Positions 1-8,740 of a stretch of DNA of 38,299 nucleotides are shown one piece after another. Under the pieces are notes generated by a model. The model saw only the letters and a program-made list of their open reading frames with translations. It made no database searches and was not told the DNA's origin. Every line of letters begins with the position of its first letter. The stretch's first letter is position 1. A program made the translations under genes and the position numbers. Source of the DNA: Pseudomonadota bacterium. Its GTDB lineage: Bacteria > Pseudomonadota > Alphaproteobacteria > SMXQ01. The stretch spans positions 1-38,299 of the forward strand of contig JACZQV010000004.1 in the NCBI GenBank assembly GCA_022545545.1, written 5' to 3'.

Positions 1-669
1 GACGTGCTCGATCACGCGCAAGGCCCACTGCGCCCCGAGCATGCACTGGGCTCCGTAGATGTGGTCCGACGACACGCCGGCAATTTCCGGCGGCGCCCAA
101 TCATCGACGGTGACCTCGTAAGCGCCGAAATGGCCCTTGGCGGCGCTGATCACGCCCTTGAACAGGGCGACCTCGGTGACGCTCGGCGGCAACACGTCAT
201 CGGCGCGCGCCAGCAGCACGGTCGCATCCAGGCGGCTCGACAGTTGCTTGGCCGCGTCGATGGCGCTCTCGCCGCGGCCGTAAACCAGCACCCTGCCTTC
301 GGAAACGAGGGCCGACGTGCGCGAGTCCGGGATATCCAACGCCGCCTCGGCGATCAGCGCCACGATTTTCGCCGTCGCCCCCTTGGCCTCCGCCGACCAG
401 CCCGCGCGCTCACGGATATTGGTGAAGGTGAGGTCCGTCTCGTGCGGGCCCTCCTCGACGGTCTCGGAAAAAAGCGGTGCCTCCTGGGTGCAGCAGACGA
501 TCAGGCGATCGCCTTTCGCCGCCGCATTCTCGAAATTGGCGATCTCGGCACGGCAGAGCTGCCTGTGGATATGGATGTCCTCGCCCAACGCCTTGGCCAA
601 CGCCTTGGCGTCCAGCGGCATGGTGCCTTCACAGTTGCAGACCAGGAGTTTCTTGCCTTGTTGTGCCAT
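1..669 (-). CDS. 4Fe-4S ferredoxin-type FDH-cluster accessory protein, N-terminal part (runs off window)
   Basis: Not in ORF track because it has no stop in the window. Translated by hand from ATG at 669: MAQQGKKLLVCNCEGTMPLDAK...RQLCRAEI...IVCCTQEAPLF...FTNIRERAGWS, the N-terminus typical of the large 4Fe-4S proteins found beside DUF3305/DUF3306 and FDH genes. Confidence 0.85.
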   Translation of the reverse strand, partial: MAQQGKKLLVCNCEGTMPLDAKALAKALGEDIHIHRQLCRAEIANFENAAAKGDRLIVCCTQEAPLFSETVEEGPHETDLTFTNIRERAGWSAEAKGATAKIVALIAEAALDIPDSRTSALVSEGRVLVYGRGESAIDAAKQLSSRLDATVLLARADDVLPPSVTEVALFKGVISAAKGHFGAYEVTVDDWAPPEIAGVSSDHIYGAQCMLGAQWALRVIEHV

Positions 670-979
670 GGTTACGGTTGCGAATGCTCCCTTCACCCCT
701 TATCCGAAATTTTGAACGTTGCCGGACTGGAACGTTGCCAGACTAGTTGCCAAAGTATAGGTGGAGCCCCTGGTGCTTTCCATCCCAAAGTGCTCGTTGT
801 TCTATCACCAAAATTACCTTTTGTTGTCATATTATCTTATAATAACCGAGATTGGCATGCCGGCTGTCGCGGCGCCGACCATGCCCGCCCGCGCCCGTTG
901 CGCTCACCCGGCGGTAACGGCTGAGATCGGCCTTACTTTGGAGATCGTGGCGTTCGGCGTCAACCGATGAGGGATAACG

Positions 980-1489
980 GTGGTCACTGAGTCCATGGCC
1001 TTAGGGATCGTGCTCGAGCGGCGCGAGATCGACCATCCGTGGGAGTCCCATAGCTGGAACGCGGTGGCGGTGATCCCGGGCGCGGCCGAAGGGGACGAAT
1101 GGCGGGTCCTGGCCGAGGAGCCGGGGCTGGTGCGCTATCACGCCGGCACGCTGACCCTGGAAATCCACCACAAGGAAACCGAGGGCTACCGCTTAAACTT
1201 GACGACCGAGCTGCCAAAGGTTTACATCGTGTTGCGCTACGACGATGGGAACGAGGCCGGCATCGTTCCGTTTTTGGCCACGGTGTGCCCATACGAGGCG
1301 CAGAATTACCTCGACGGCGACGAGGACCTGGTCGAGGCGGCGCCGATGCCCGATGTGGTGGCGGCGTGGCTAACGGACTTCGTCGCCAAACACCACGTCG
1401 ATGAGCCGTTTTACAAGCGCAAACGCAAGCCCCACGATCCGCGCAAGGGGCCGCCGGAACGGCCTCGCCGCCGGTCCGAGGAGGGATGA
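980..1489 (+). CDS. DUF3305-family protein (FDH-associated)
   Basis: GTG start after GAGGGGA; motifs LEIHHKETEGYRLNL, CPYEAQ, FVAKHHVDEPFYKRKR; position before DUF3306 and torD-like gene. Confidence 0.85.
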   Translation: MVTESMALGIVLERREIDHPWESHSWNAVAVIPGAAEGDEWRVLAEEPGLVRYHAGTLTLEIHHKETEGYRLNLTTELPKVYIVLRYDDGNEAGIVPFLATVCPYEAQNYLDGDEDLVEAAPMPDVVAAWLTDFVAKHHVDEPFYKRKRKPHDPRKGPPERPRRRSEEG

Positions 1490-2082
1490 TGGCGCGCACT
1501 GACGAAAGATTCATCGGGCGCTGGTCGCGTCTTAAACAGAAGCGCCGCCGGCGCGAGCCCGGGCCCGGCGATGTTCCCAAGGATGAGAGCGCCAGGCCCG
1601 AGCCGGCAGATGCGCAACCCGCGACCGGCGAAGAAGAGACCGCGGCCCTGGATTTGCCGGACATCGAGACGCTCGACAAGGACTCCGACTTCACCGTGTT
1701 CATGAAGGAAGGGGTGCCGGAGGAGTTGAAGAAGCTTGCCTTGCGCAAGCTGTGGCGGAGCGATCCGGTCTTCGCCGTCATCGACGGCCTCGACGATTAC
1801 GATGAAGACTACCGTACCGCCTTTGTCGTCGCCGAAAATCTCGCGAAAAGACTCAAAAAGTCCGGCAAGGATGCGGCCGATCACGGCGCCGAGACCGCAG
1901 CGGAAGGAGATGAAGGGCCGACAAAAGAAGACGGGGAAGCGCCGGCGCGGCTTGGCGCGGACAGCGGACGGGAGACTGGGGCCGGCGATGACGCCAAGGC
2001 CGGCGAGCGGGCAGGCGATGACGCCAAGGCCGGCGAGCGGGCCGGCGAACCGGAAGACGATGACGCTAAGCAGAGCGGCTGA
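1486..2082 (+). CDS. DUF3306-family protein (FDH-associated)
   Basis: ATGA overlap with the previous gene; FIGRWSRLK, LPDIETL...SDFTVFM, ALRKLWRSDP...DGLDDYDEDY motifs; low-complexity acidic tail. Confidence 0.85.
   Translation: MMARTDERFIGRWSRLKQKRRRREPGPGDVPKDESARPEPADAQPATGEEETAALDLPDIETLDKDSDFTVFMKEGVPEELKKLALRKLWRSDPVFAVIDGLDDYDEDYRTAFVVAENLAKRLKKSGKDAADHGAETAAEGDEGPTKEDGEAPARLGADSGRETGAGDDAKAGERAGDDAKAGERAGEPEDDDAKQSG
1981..2048 (+). repeat. 30-bp in-frame tandem repeat (AGDDAKAGER x2.3)
   Basis: 1981-2010 and 2011-2040 differ at one base; partial third copy at 2041-2048. Confidence 0.9.
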
Positions 2083-2237
2083 CCGGCCGCTTGCGCCGCC
2101 ACCGCCCGCCTCTTTCCGACCGGACCCCAAACCACGGCGGAACACCCTCGGGCAAGCCTGCCTGAGGCGTGTCTAATGAGGTCACCTAACCATAAATACA
2201 ATGAGAGTATGCGTGAAAATTTTTGATCATCTTTTCT

Positions 2238-2266
2238 TTGACAAGAGGCCGGCGTTGGTCCAGACT
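2238..2266 (+). promoter_or_regulatory. Putative sigma70 promoter of the torD-fdh operon
   Basis: TTGACA(2238-2243)-N17-CAGACT(2261-2266), preceded by an AT-rich tract. Confidence 0.55.
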
Positions 2267-2387
2267 TACGGCTAGGTTCTTGGGCTCAAGCCACCGGTGA
2301 GAGTGGCGTGACAGAAAAAGCGCTTTCGCGCGACGGGGAGGCCAAGCCATCACGGAAAATTCGCCGAGCGAAGTTGCCGCCGAAGAT

Positions 2388-2951
2388 ATGCTTCGGGCCA
2401 ACACCTATATGCTGTTGGCGTCGCTGCTTCGCGCGCCGCCGGACGCGGAGACGCTTGCCGGCGTCGGCGCGCTCGAGGCCGGCGAAGGCGAGATGGGCGG
2501 GGCGTTGGCCCGGCTCGCGTCCGCCGCACGCGACAGCACGCCGGAAGCCGTCGATGACGAGTTCCACGATATCTTCGTCGGTGTCGGGGAAGCGGAGCTG
2601 AACCCTTACGCGTCCTACTATTTGACCGGGTTGTTTTACGAGAAACCCCTGGCCAAGGTTCGTTTGGAGATGGCCGAACTCGGCATCGCCGGAAGCGACG
2701 ATTCTTCGGAGCCGGAGGACCATATCGTGGCCCTTTTCGAAATGATGTGCGGGTTGATTACCGGCGCCTTCGGGAAGCCGGTCGACCTGGCCCGGCAGCA
2801 GGCGTTCTTCGACACCCACATCGCGCCATGGGCCGAGCGCTTTTTCGAGGATCTGGAAGCGGTGGAGAGCGCCAGCTTCTACAAACCGGTGGGGACGATC
2901 GGCAAGCTGTTCTTGCGGATCGAGTCCCAGGCGTTTGAGATGGCGGCCTAG
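2388..2951 (+). CDS. TorD/DmsD-family molybdoenzyme chaperone (true start may be ATC at 2349)
   Basis: PYASYYLTG, EPEDHI, FFDTHIAPWAERFF motifs; directly upstream of the FDH genes. Confidence 0.9.
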   Translation: MLRANTYMLLASLLRAPPDAETLAGVGALEAGEGEMGGALARLASAARDSTPEAVDDEFHDIFVGVGEAELNPYASYYLTGLFYEKPLAKVRLEMAELGIAGSDDSSEPEDHIVALFEMMCGLITGAFGKPVDLARQQAFFDTHIAPWAERFFEDLEAVESASFYKPVGTIGKLFLRIESQAFEMAA

Positions 2952-3023
2952 CGCCGGCAAAGGGCGGAGCCCCCTAGGCAGACTTTTTTGGCACCAACAC
3001 ATGCCGCATGAAAGGGTAAGACC

Positions 3024-3230
3024 ATGAGTAAAAATGAAACACTGAAATCGCCGGGACGCCGGGCCTTTTTCAAGAAGGCCGGTGTCGGTGCCGGCGCGGC
3101 CGGTGTGGTCGCGGCGGGTCTTTCCGGTAATTCGGCGAAGGCCGAGGTCAAACCCGGCAAGGGCTTCAAGAAGAGCGCTTACCAGGAAACGGAGCACGTT
3201 AAGAAGTATTACGAATTGGCGCGGTTCTAA
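3024..3230 (+). CDS. Small twin-arginine-signal FDH-region protein
   Basis: GRRAFFK Tat motif and C-terminal YQETEHVKKYYELARF, the conserved tail of the small Tat peptides preceding FDH alpha genes. Confidence 0.85.
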   Translation: MSKNETLKSPGRRAFFKKAGVGAGAAGVVAAGLSGNSAKAEVKPGKGFKKSAYQETEHVKKYYELARF

Positions 3231-3278
3231 GGGACCGTCGGCGCCAATCGGAGCCTTAACAAAGCTAGGAGACAGGCA

Positions 3279-6152
3279 ATGCTTAGAAAGAAGACCAACG
3301 GGGTAGCGAATGGCCCTCGTTTGTCTCATGCGCTGGCCGGCGTAGTCGGCCGCGCCGTCGATCGCCGCGGCTTTCTGATCGGTTCGGGACTTGCCGCCGG
3401 CGGGTTTGCCGCGGCCTCGACGATGCAATTCGGGATGGTCAAAATGGCCGATGCCCAGGTGACGGGGCCTAGTGGCAAAATTAAAATTGTCAGATCGGTC
3501 TGCACCCACTGCGCCGTCGGCTGCACGGTGGAGGCCGAGGTGCAAGGCGGCGTCTGGATCGGCCAGGAGCCAGGATTCGACAGTCCCCTCAACAATGGCA
3601 CCCATTGCGCCAAGGGGGCGTCGGTCCGCGACGACACCCATGGCGCCCGGCGGCTGAGGTACCCGATGAAGCTGGAGGGCGGAAAGTGGAAGCGGCTCTC
3701 CTGGGATCAGGCCATCGACGAGATCGGCGACAAGCTCTTGGCGATTCGCAAGAAGGCCGGACCGGATTCGGTCTATTGGATGGGCTCGGCCAAGGTGAGC
3801 AACGAGAACGCGTATTTGCAGCGTAAGTTCGCCGCCTTCTGGGGCACCAATAACATCGATCACCAGGCGCGCATCTGCCACTCGACCACGGTCGCGGGCG
3901 TTGCCAACACCTGGGGCTACGGCGCCATGACCAACTCCATGCCGGACATCCGCAATGCGCGTGCGATCTACCTGATCGGCAGTAACGCGGCGGAAGGGCA
4001 CCCGGTGGCCTGCCAGCACATCCTCAGGGCGAAGGAGCAGAACAACGCGCCGCTGATCGTCATCGACCCGCGCTTCACCCGCACGGCGGCCCATGCCGAC
4101 GAATTCGTCCGCATGCGGTCCGGGTCCGACATGGCGGTGATCTGGGGCACTCTCTGGCACATTTTCGAGAACGGCTGGGAGGACAAGGAATACATCCGCC
4201 GGCGCACCTGGGGAATGGACCAGATCAGGGCCGAGGTCAAGAAATGGAACCCGAAGGAGGTCGAGCGGGTTTCCGGCGTACCGGGCGCCCAGTTGAGGCG
4301 CGTGGCGCGGCTCATGGCCAACAACCGTCCGGGGACGGTGATCTGGGCCATGGGCATCACCCAGCACACCATCGGCAACAACAACACCCGGGCGCTCTGC
4401 ATCCTGCAGCTCGCCTTGGGCAACATGGGCGTCGCCGGCGGCGGATGCAACATCTTCCGCGGCCACGACAACGTCCAGGGCGCCACCGACTTTGGCGTGC
4501 TGTGCCATACGCTTCCGGGGTACTACGGCCTGAAGACCGGCTCGTGGAAGCATTGGGCGCGGGTATGGGATGTCGATTACGACTACCTGCTCAAGCGTTT
4601 CGCGTCCAAGAAGCTGATGCAATCCGCGGGGATGCCGGTTTCGCGCTGGATCGACGGCGTGCTGATTCCGAAGGATCAGTTGGATCAGCCGGAACAAGTC
4701 AAGGCGCTGGTCTACTGGGGCCATTCGGCCAACTCCCAGACCCGACTGCCGGAGATGAGAAAGGCTTTCGACAAGCTGGATCTCTTGGTCAATATCGATC
4801 CGATTCCGGGCATCGCTTCGGTTTTGCACGACCGCACGGACGGCGTCTACTTGCTGCCGGCCTCCACGCAGTGGGAGCAATACGGTTCGGTGACGTGTTC
4901 GAACCGGAACCTCCAGTGGCGTGACAAGGTGAGCGAGCCGATCTTCGAATCGAAGCCCGATCACGTCATCGCGTACCTGTTGGCCAAGAAGTTCGGCTTC
5001 GCCAAGGAGATGTTCAAGAACATCAAGGTCAACGGCAACGAGCCGTTGATCGAGGACATCACCCGCGAGTGGAATCGCGGCATGTGGACCATCGGCTACA
5101 CCGGCCAGTCGCCGGAGCGGCTGAAGATGCACATGAAGTACCAGCACACCTTCGACAAGACGACGCTGAAGGCCGTGGGCGGTCCCGCGGATGGCGAGAC
5201 CTACGGTCTGCCGTGGCCGTGCTGGGGCACGCCCGAGATGAAGCACCCGGGCACCCACATCCTCTACGACACCTCGAAACCGGTGGCGGAAGGCGGTCTG
5301 ACCTTCCGGGCCCGCTTCGGGGTGCAGAGGAACGGGGAGAACCTGCTTGCCGAGGGCTCGTACTCGGTGGGCTCGGAGATCAAGGACGGTTACCCCGAGT
5401 TCTCCATGGCCGTGCTCAAGAAGCTCGGCTGGGACAAGGACCTCACCGCGAAGGAACGGGCGACCATCGCCAAGATCGCCGGCGACAAGACCAACTGGAA
5501 GACCGACCTTTCGGGCGGCATCCAGCGGGTGGCGATCAAGCATGGCTGCTCGCCCTTCGGCAACGCCAAGGCGCGGTGCGTGGTGTGGAACTTCCCGGAT
5601 CCGGTGCCGATCCACCGCGAGCCGTTGTATACGCCGAGGCGGGATCTGGTCGCCGACTACCCGACCTATCCGGATACCCGGCGCTATCGTACGCCGACCT
5701 ACTACAAGTCGATCCAGGATAAGGATGTCTCCAAGGACTATCCGCTGATCATGACGTCCGGGCGGATAACGGAGTACGAGGGCGGCGGCGACTTGACTCG
5801 GGCCAACCCGTGGCTCGCCGAACTCCAGCAGGAAATGTACTGCGAGGTCAACACCTATGACGCCAACAACGCGGGCATCCGCAACGGCGGCGACATGTGG
5901 GTCGAGGGTCCGGAGGGCGGCCGCATCAAGGTCAAGGCCATGGTCACCGATCGCGTGGGCCGCGGCGTCGTCTGGCTGCCGTTGAGCTTCGCGGGAGTCT
6001 GGGAAGGCAAGAGCCTGAGGGACAAGTACCCGTCGGGGGCCGATCCCTACGTCATGGGGGAATCCGCCAACGCCGTGTTCACCTACGGCTATGACTCGGT
6101 CACTCAGATGCAGGAAACCAAGTGCAGTCTCTGTCGCATCAAGGCAGCGTAA
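3279..6152 (+). CDS. fdhA: Formate dehydrogenase alpha (catalytic Mo/W-bis-PGD) subunit, Tat-exported, Cys-type
   Basis: DRRGFL Tat signal; CTHCAVGC...C 4Fe-4S motif; active-site ARICHSTT; RGHDNVQG; C-terminal PGD-binding domain; AGGAG RBS. Confidence 0.95.
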   Translation: MLRKKTNGVANGPRLSHALAGVVGRAVDRRGFLIGSGLAAGGFAAASTMQFGMVKMADAQVTGPSGKIKIVRSVCTHCAVGCTVEAEVQGGVWIGQEPGFDSPLNNGTHCAKGASVRDDTHGARRLRYPMKLEGGKWKRLSWDQAIDEIGDKLLAIRKKAGPDSVYWMGSAKVSNENAYLQRKFAAFWGTNNIDHQARICHSTTVAGVANTWGYGAMTNSMPDIRNARAIYLIGSNAAEGHPVACQHILRAKEQNNAPLIVIDPRFTRTAAHADEFVRMRSGSDMAVIWGTLWHIFENGWEDKEYIRRRTWGMDQIRAEVKKWNPKEVERVSGVPGAQLRRVARLMANNRPGTVIWAMGITQHTIGNNNTRALCILQLALGNMGVAGGGCNIFRGHDNVQGATDFGVLCHTLPGYYGLKTGSWKHWARVWDVDYDYLLKRFASKKLMQSAGMPVSRWIDGVLIPKDQLDQPEQVKALVYWGHSANSQTRLPEMRKAFDKLDLLVNIDPIPGIASVLHDRTDGVYLLPASTQWEQYGSVTCSNRNLQWRDKVSEPIFESKPDHVIAYLLAKKFGFAKEMFKNIKVNGNEPLIEDITREWNRGMWTIGYTGQSPERLKMHMKYQHTFDKTTLKAVGGPADGETYGLPWPCWGTPEMKHPGTHILYDTSKPVAEGGLTFRARFGVQRNGENLLAEGSYSVGSEIKDGYPEFSMAVLKKLGWDKDLTAKERATIAKIAGDKTNWKTDLSGGIQRVAIKHGCSPFGNAKARCVVWNFPDPVPIHREPLYTPRRDLVADYPTYPDTRRYRTPTYYKSIQDKDVSKDYPLIMTSGRITEYEGGGDLTRANPWLAELQQEMYCEVNTYDANNAGIRNGGDMWVEGPEGGRIKVKAMVTDRVGRGVVWLPLSFAGVWEGKSLRDKYPSGADPYVMGESANAVFTYGYDSVTQMQETKCSLCRIKAA

Positions 6153-6164
6153 GGAGGATCTATC

Positions 6165-6764
6165 ATGGCAAGAATGAAATTCCTGTGTGACGCCGAGCGC
6201 TGCATCGAGTGCAACGCGTGCACCGTGGCGTGCAAGAACGAGCACGAGGTTCCGTGGGGGATCACCCGCCGTCGGGTAGTTACGATTAACGACGGCAGAC
6301 CCGGGGAACGGTCGATCTCGGTCGCCTGCATGCATTGCTCGGACGCGCCGTGCATCGCGGTGTGCCCGGTGGACTGCATCTACCAGACCGAAGACGGTGT
6401 GGTGCTGCATTCCAAGGACCTCTGTATCGGCTGCGGCTACTGCTTCTACGCCTGCCCATTCGGCGCGCCGCAGTATCCGCAGGCGGGCAATTACGGCAGC
6501 CGCGGCAAGATGGACAAGTGCACCTTCTGCAACGGCGGTCCGGAGGAGGACCACTCGGACGCCGAGTTCCAGAAGTATGGCCGCAACCGTCTGGCCGAAG
6601 GCAAGCTGCCGCTGTGCGCGGAGATGTGCTCGACCAAGGCGTTACTCGCCGGCGACGGCGAGAAGGTGTCCGACATTTACCGCGAGCGCGTGGTCGCCCG
6701 CGGCTTCGGTTCGGGCGCCTGGGGTTGGGGCACCGCTTACCAGATCAAGGGCGGAAGAATCTAA
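6165..6764 (+). CDS. fdhB: Formate dehydrogenase beta (4Fe-4S dicluster) subunit
   Basis: CIECNAC, CMHCSDAPC, CIGCGYC, KCTFC motifs; AAGGAGG RBS; follows alpha. Confidence 0.95.
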   Translation: MARMKFLCDAERCIECNACTVACKNEHEVPWGITRRRVVTINDGRPGERSISVACMHCSDAPCIAVCPVDCIYQTEDGVVLHSKDLCIGCGYCFYACPFGAPQYPQAGNYGSRGKMDKCTFCNGGPEEDHSDAEFQKYGRNRLAEGKLPLCAEMCSTKALLAGDGEKVSDIYRERVVARGFGSGAWGWGTAYQIKGGRI

Positions 6765-6786
6765 AGCCCTGGCGCTGGCAAATTTC

Positions 6787-6822
6787 GAGGGGGGGCGGCC
6801 CAAATGTACGCCGCCTCCCCTT
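6787..6822 (+). terminator. GC-rich hairpin after fdhB (weak terminator or mRNA stabiliser)
   Basis: 13-bp stem GAGGGGGGGCGGC / GCCGCCTCCCCTT (two G-U pairs); only a weak U tail. Confidence 0.45.
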
Positions 6823-6933
6823 GTCATTTGGAGGACGCGTCGGTGGCGGAACCCGAGAGAGGCCTTGCGCCGAGGTCCGCCGTGGGCGCATGATCCGAAA
6901 GTTGATCGAACAGCCTGCGGTCGGGATTTGCTC

Positions 6934-7245
6934 ATGAAAACCGGAAAGCTCATCATTACGCTCGCTTGTCTAGTGGCGGTCGGCGCTTCGCTCGGCGCCT
7001 GCCGCGAGGACGAGCAGGGTCGCGTACTCCTTTACGATAAGGGCGTTTACCTGGGTAAGCCCGATACGCCGGTTTCCAAGCAGGCGCGCCGCGCCCTTTT
7101 GATACGAATTCAGCGCCAGAACGAACTCACCGGGCCACAAGGCGGCGGCGGACCGGGTTCGGGGACACCGCCGGACGTGCGCCCACCGGCGTCGACGCCC
7201 CTCGATGCCCTGCGTGAACGCGCGCGTCGACAGAGCGGCAACTGA
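6934..7245 (+). CDS. Small lipoprotein between fdhB and fdhC (103 aa)
   Basis: Internal ATG of ORF 6397..7245: MKTGKLIITLACLVAVGASLGA-C lipobox, then REDEQGRVLLYDKGVYLGKPD. Confidence 0.75.
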   Translation: MKTGKLIITLACLVAVGASLGACREDEQGRVLLYDKGVYLGKPDTPVSKQARRALLIRIQRQNELTGPQGGGGPGSGTPPDVRPPASTPLDALRERARRQSGN

Positions 7246-7262
7246 ATTAACGGGGAACGGTC

Positions 7263-8357
7263 ATGGAATATTGGCTGAAGCGAATTTTAGCGGCGGCGGT
7301 CGCGTCGCTGTTGATCGCCGGCGTCGGCGGCGTCGACCTTTCCGACGCCTTGATCGGTCCGGCGGCGGCGCAGGAAAAGGGCAACGTGCCGGGCAAGAGC
7401 CTGGGCACGAGCAGCGACTCCGACCTCTGGCGCGCCCTGCGCAGAGGTTACCGCAGTGACGTTCCCTATCGCGACAAACAGAAGGGCGTGGCGATCCAGT
7501 CCGAGGGCGAGAACTGGCGAAACATGCGTAACGGACCGCTCTCGGTCTATGGCGGGTGGGGGTTGGGCGGGGTCATCGCCGTGTTGGCGGTATTCTTCCT
7601 CCTCCGCGGCCGGATCAGGGTCGAGAAGGGGATGTCGGGCCGGACGGTCGAACGGTTCAATGGTGTCGAACGCTTCGCTCACTGGCTGACGGCGACGAGC
7701 TTCATCGTCCTCGGGCTCACGGGTCTGAATATCTTGTACGGCCGCTATGTGATTTTGCCCGTCATCGGGCCCGAGGCGTTCTCCACCCTGACCCTGGCCG
7801 GCAAATACGCCCACAACTTCGTTTCCTTCGCCTTCATGATCGGGATCGTCATGATCGCCGTGCTTTGGCTCCGCCAGAACATCCCCGACCGGCACGACCT
7901 GGCCTGGGTGGCGAAAGGGGGCGGAATGTTCACCAAGGGGACCCATGTATCGGCGAAAAAGTTCAATGCCGGACAGAAGGTCATATTCTGGGCGGTGATC
8001 CTTGGTGGCATTTCGATCAGCTTCTCCGGCCTGGTGTTGATGTTCCCGTTCACTATCGAGGCGTTTGGGCCGTCATTCGCCCTCCTCAACATCTTCGGCT
8101 TCGACTTGCCGACCGATCTGACGTCGATGCAGGAAATGCAGCTGTTCCAGCTCTGGCATGCCCTGATGGGCCTGGTGATGATCGCCCTCATCATCGCTCA
8201 CATCTACATCGGCACGCTCGGCATGGTGGGCGCCTTCGACGCCATGGGCAGCGGCCAGGTCGATGAAAATTGGGCGCGCGAACACCACGACCTGTGGTTG
8301 GCGGAGCTGGAGCCGGGCGCGAAGTCGGCGGGTCCGAGCGAGGCCGGCGATGATTGA
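7263..8357 (+). CDS. fdhC: Formate dehydrogenase gamma subunit (cytochrome b556) with N-terminal extension
   Basis: ERFAHW, AHNF, KFNAGQK, LWH...AHIYIGT, WAREHH heme-b motifs; multiple TM helices. Confidence 0.93.
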   Translation: MEYWLKRILAAAVASLLIAGVGGVDLSDALIGPAAAQEKGNVPGKSLGTSSDSDLWRALRRGYRSDVPYRDKQKGVAIQSEGENWRNMRNGPLSVYGGWGLGGVIAVLAVFFLLRGRIRVEKGMSGRTVERFNGVERFAHWLTATSFIVLGLTGLNILYGRYVILPVIGPEAFSTLTLAGKYAHNFVSFAFMIGIVMIAVLWLRQNIPDRHDLAWVAKGGGMFTKGTHVSAKKFNAGQKVIFWAVILGGISISFSGLVLMFPFTIEAFGPSFALLNIFGFDLPTDLTSMQEMQLFQLWHALMGLVMIALIIAHIYIGTLGMVGAFDAMGSGQVDENWAREHHDLWLAELEPGAKSAGPSEAGDD

Positions 8358-8730
8358 TGGGAAACGCGTCGGCGTCTGCTTCGCGGCAGCGCTGCTGGTC
8401 GCCGCGTTGTCGTTTCCCTTACCAGCCTTGGCGGCGATGAACGCCGATCAGGTCAAGGCGAAAGTCGCCAAGGCCTTCGGCGTCAAGGTCCTCAAGGTGC
8501 GGCCGGGAAAAGTCGACGGCCGCAAGGTCTTCGTGGTCACGATAATGAACCCCGGCGGAAATTTCGACGAGGCCTTCCAGGTCAGCACCATCGTCGTCGA
8601 TGTCGAGACCGGGAAACTGGTTTCGGGCTACCGCCACCGCGCCAGCGGGCTTGACGCCAACCAGGCTCCATCGTACGTACCCAACCTCCATTCCCCGGAC
8701 ACATTGAGCTGGGGTTTCATCTGGCGTTAG
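8350..8730 (+). CDS. Secreted hypothetical protein, PepSY-like (126 aa)
   Basis: ATG 8350 overlaps fdhC end; signal peptide ending ALA-A; VKVLKV...FVVTIMNPGG...IVVDVETGKLV resembles PepSY beta pattern. Confidence 0.65.
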   Translation: MIDGKRVGVCFAAALLVAALSFPLPALAAMNADQVKAKVAKAFGVKVLKVRPGKVDGRKVFVVTIMNPGGNFDEAFQVSTIVVDVETGKLVSGYRHRASGLDANQAPSYVPNLHSPDTLSWGFIWR

Positions 8731-8740
8731 CGCCGCCGGC

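Noticed and set aside
820-852. ModE box in the divergent promoter
   Set aside because: AT-rich but lacks clear TATAT...ATATA arms with CG flanks.
2221-2245. FNR box upstream of torD-like gene
   Set aside because: Only a TTGAT half-site; no ATCAA at N4 spacing.
3860-3900. Selenocysteine/SECIS in FDH alpha
   Set aside because: The active-site codon is TGC (ARICHS); there is no in-frame TGA.
2286-6554. 1422-aa minus-strand ORF, and other long antisense ORFs (14089-16161, 28631-30043, 4-924)
   Set aside because: Shadow frames of real genes in high-GC DNA; no recognisable motifs.
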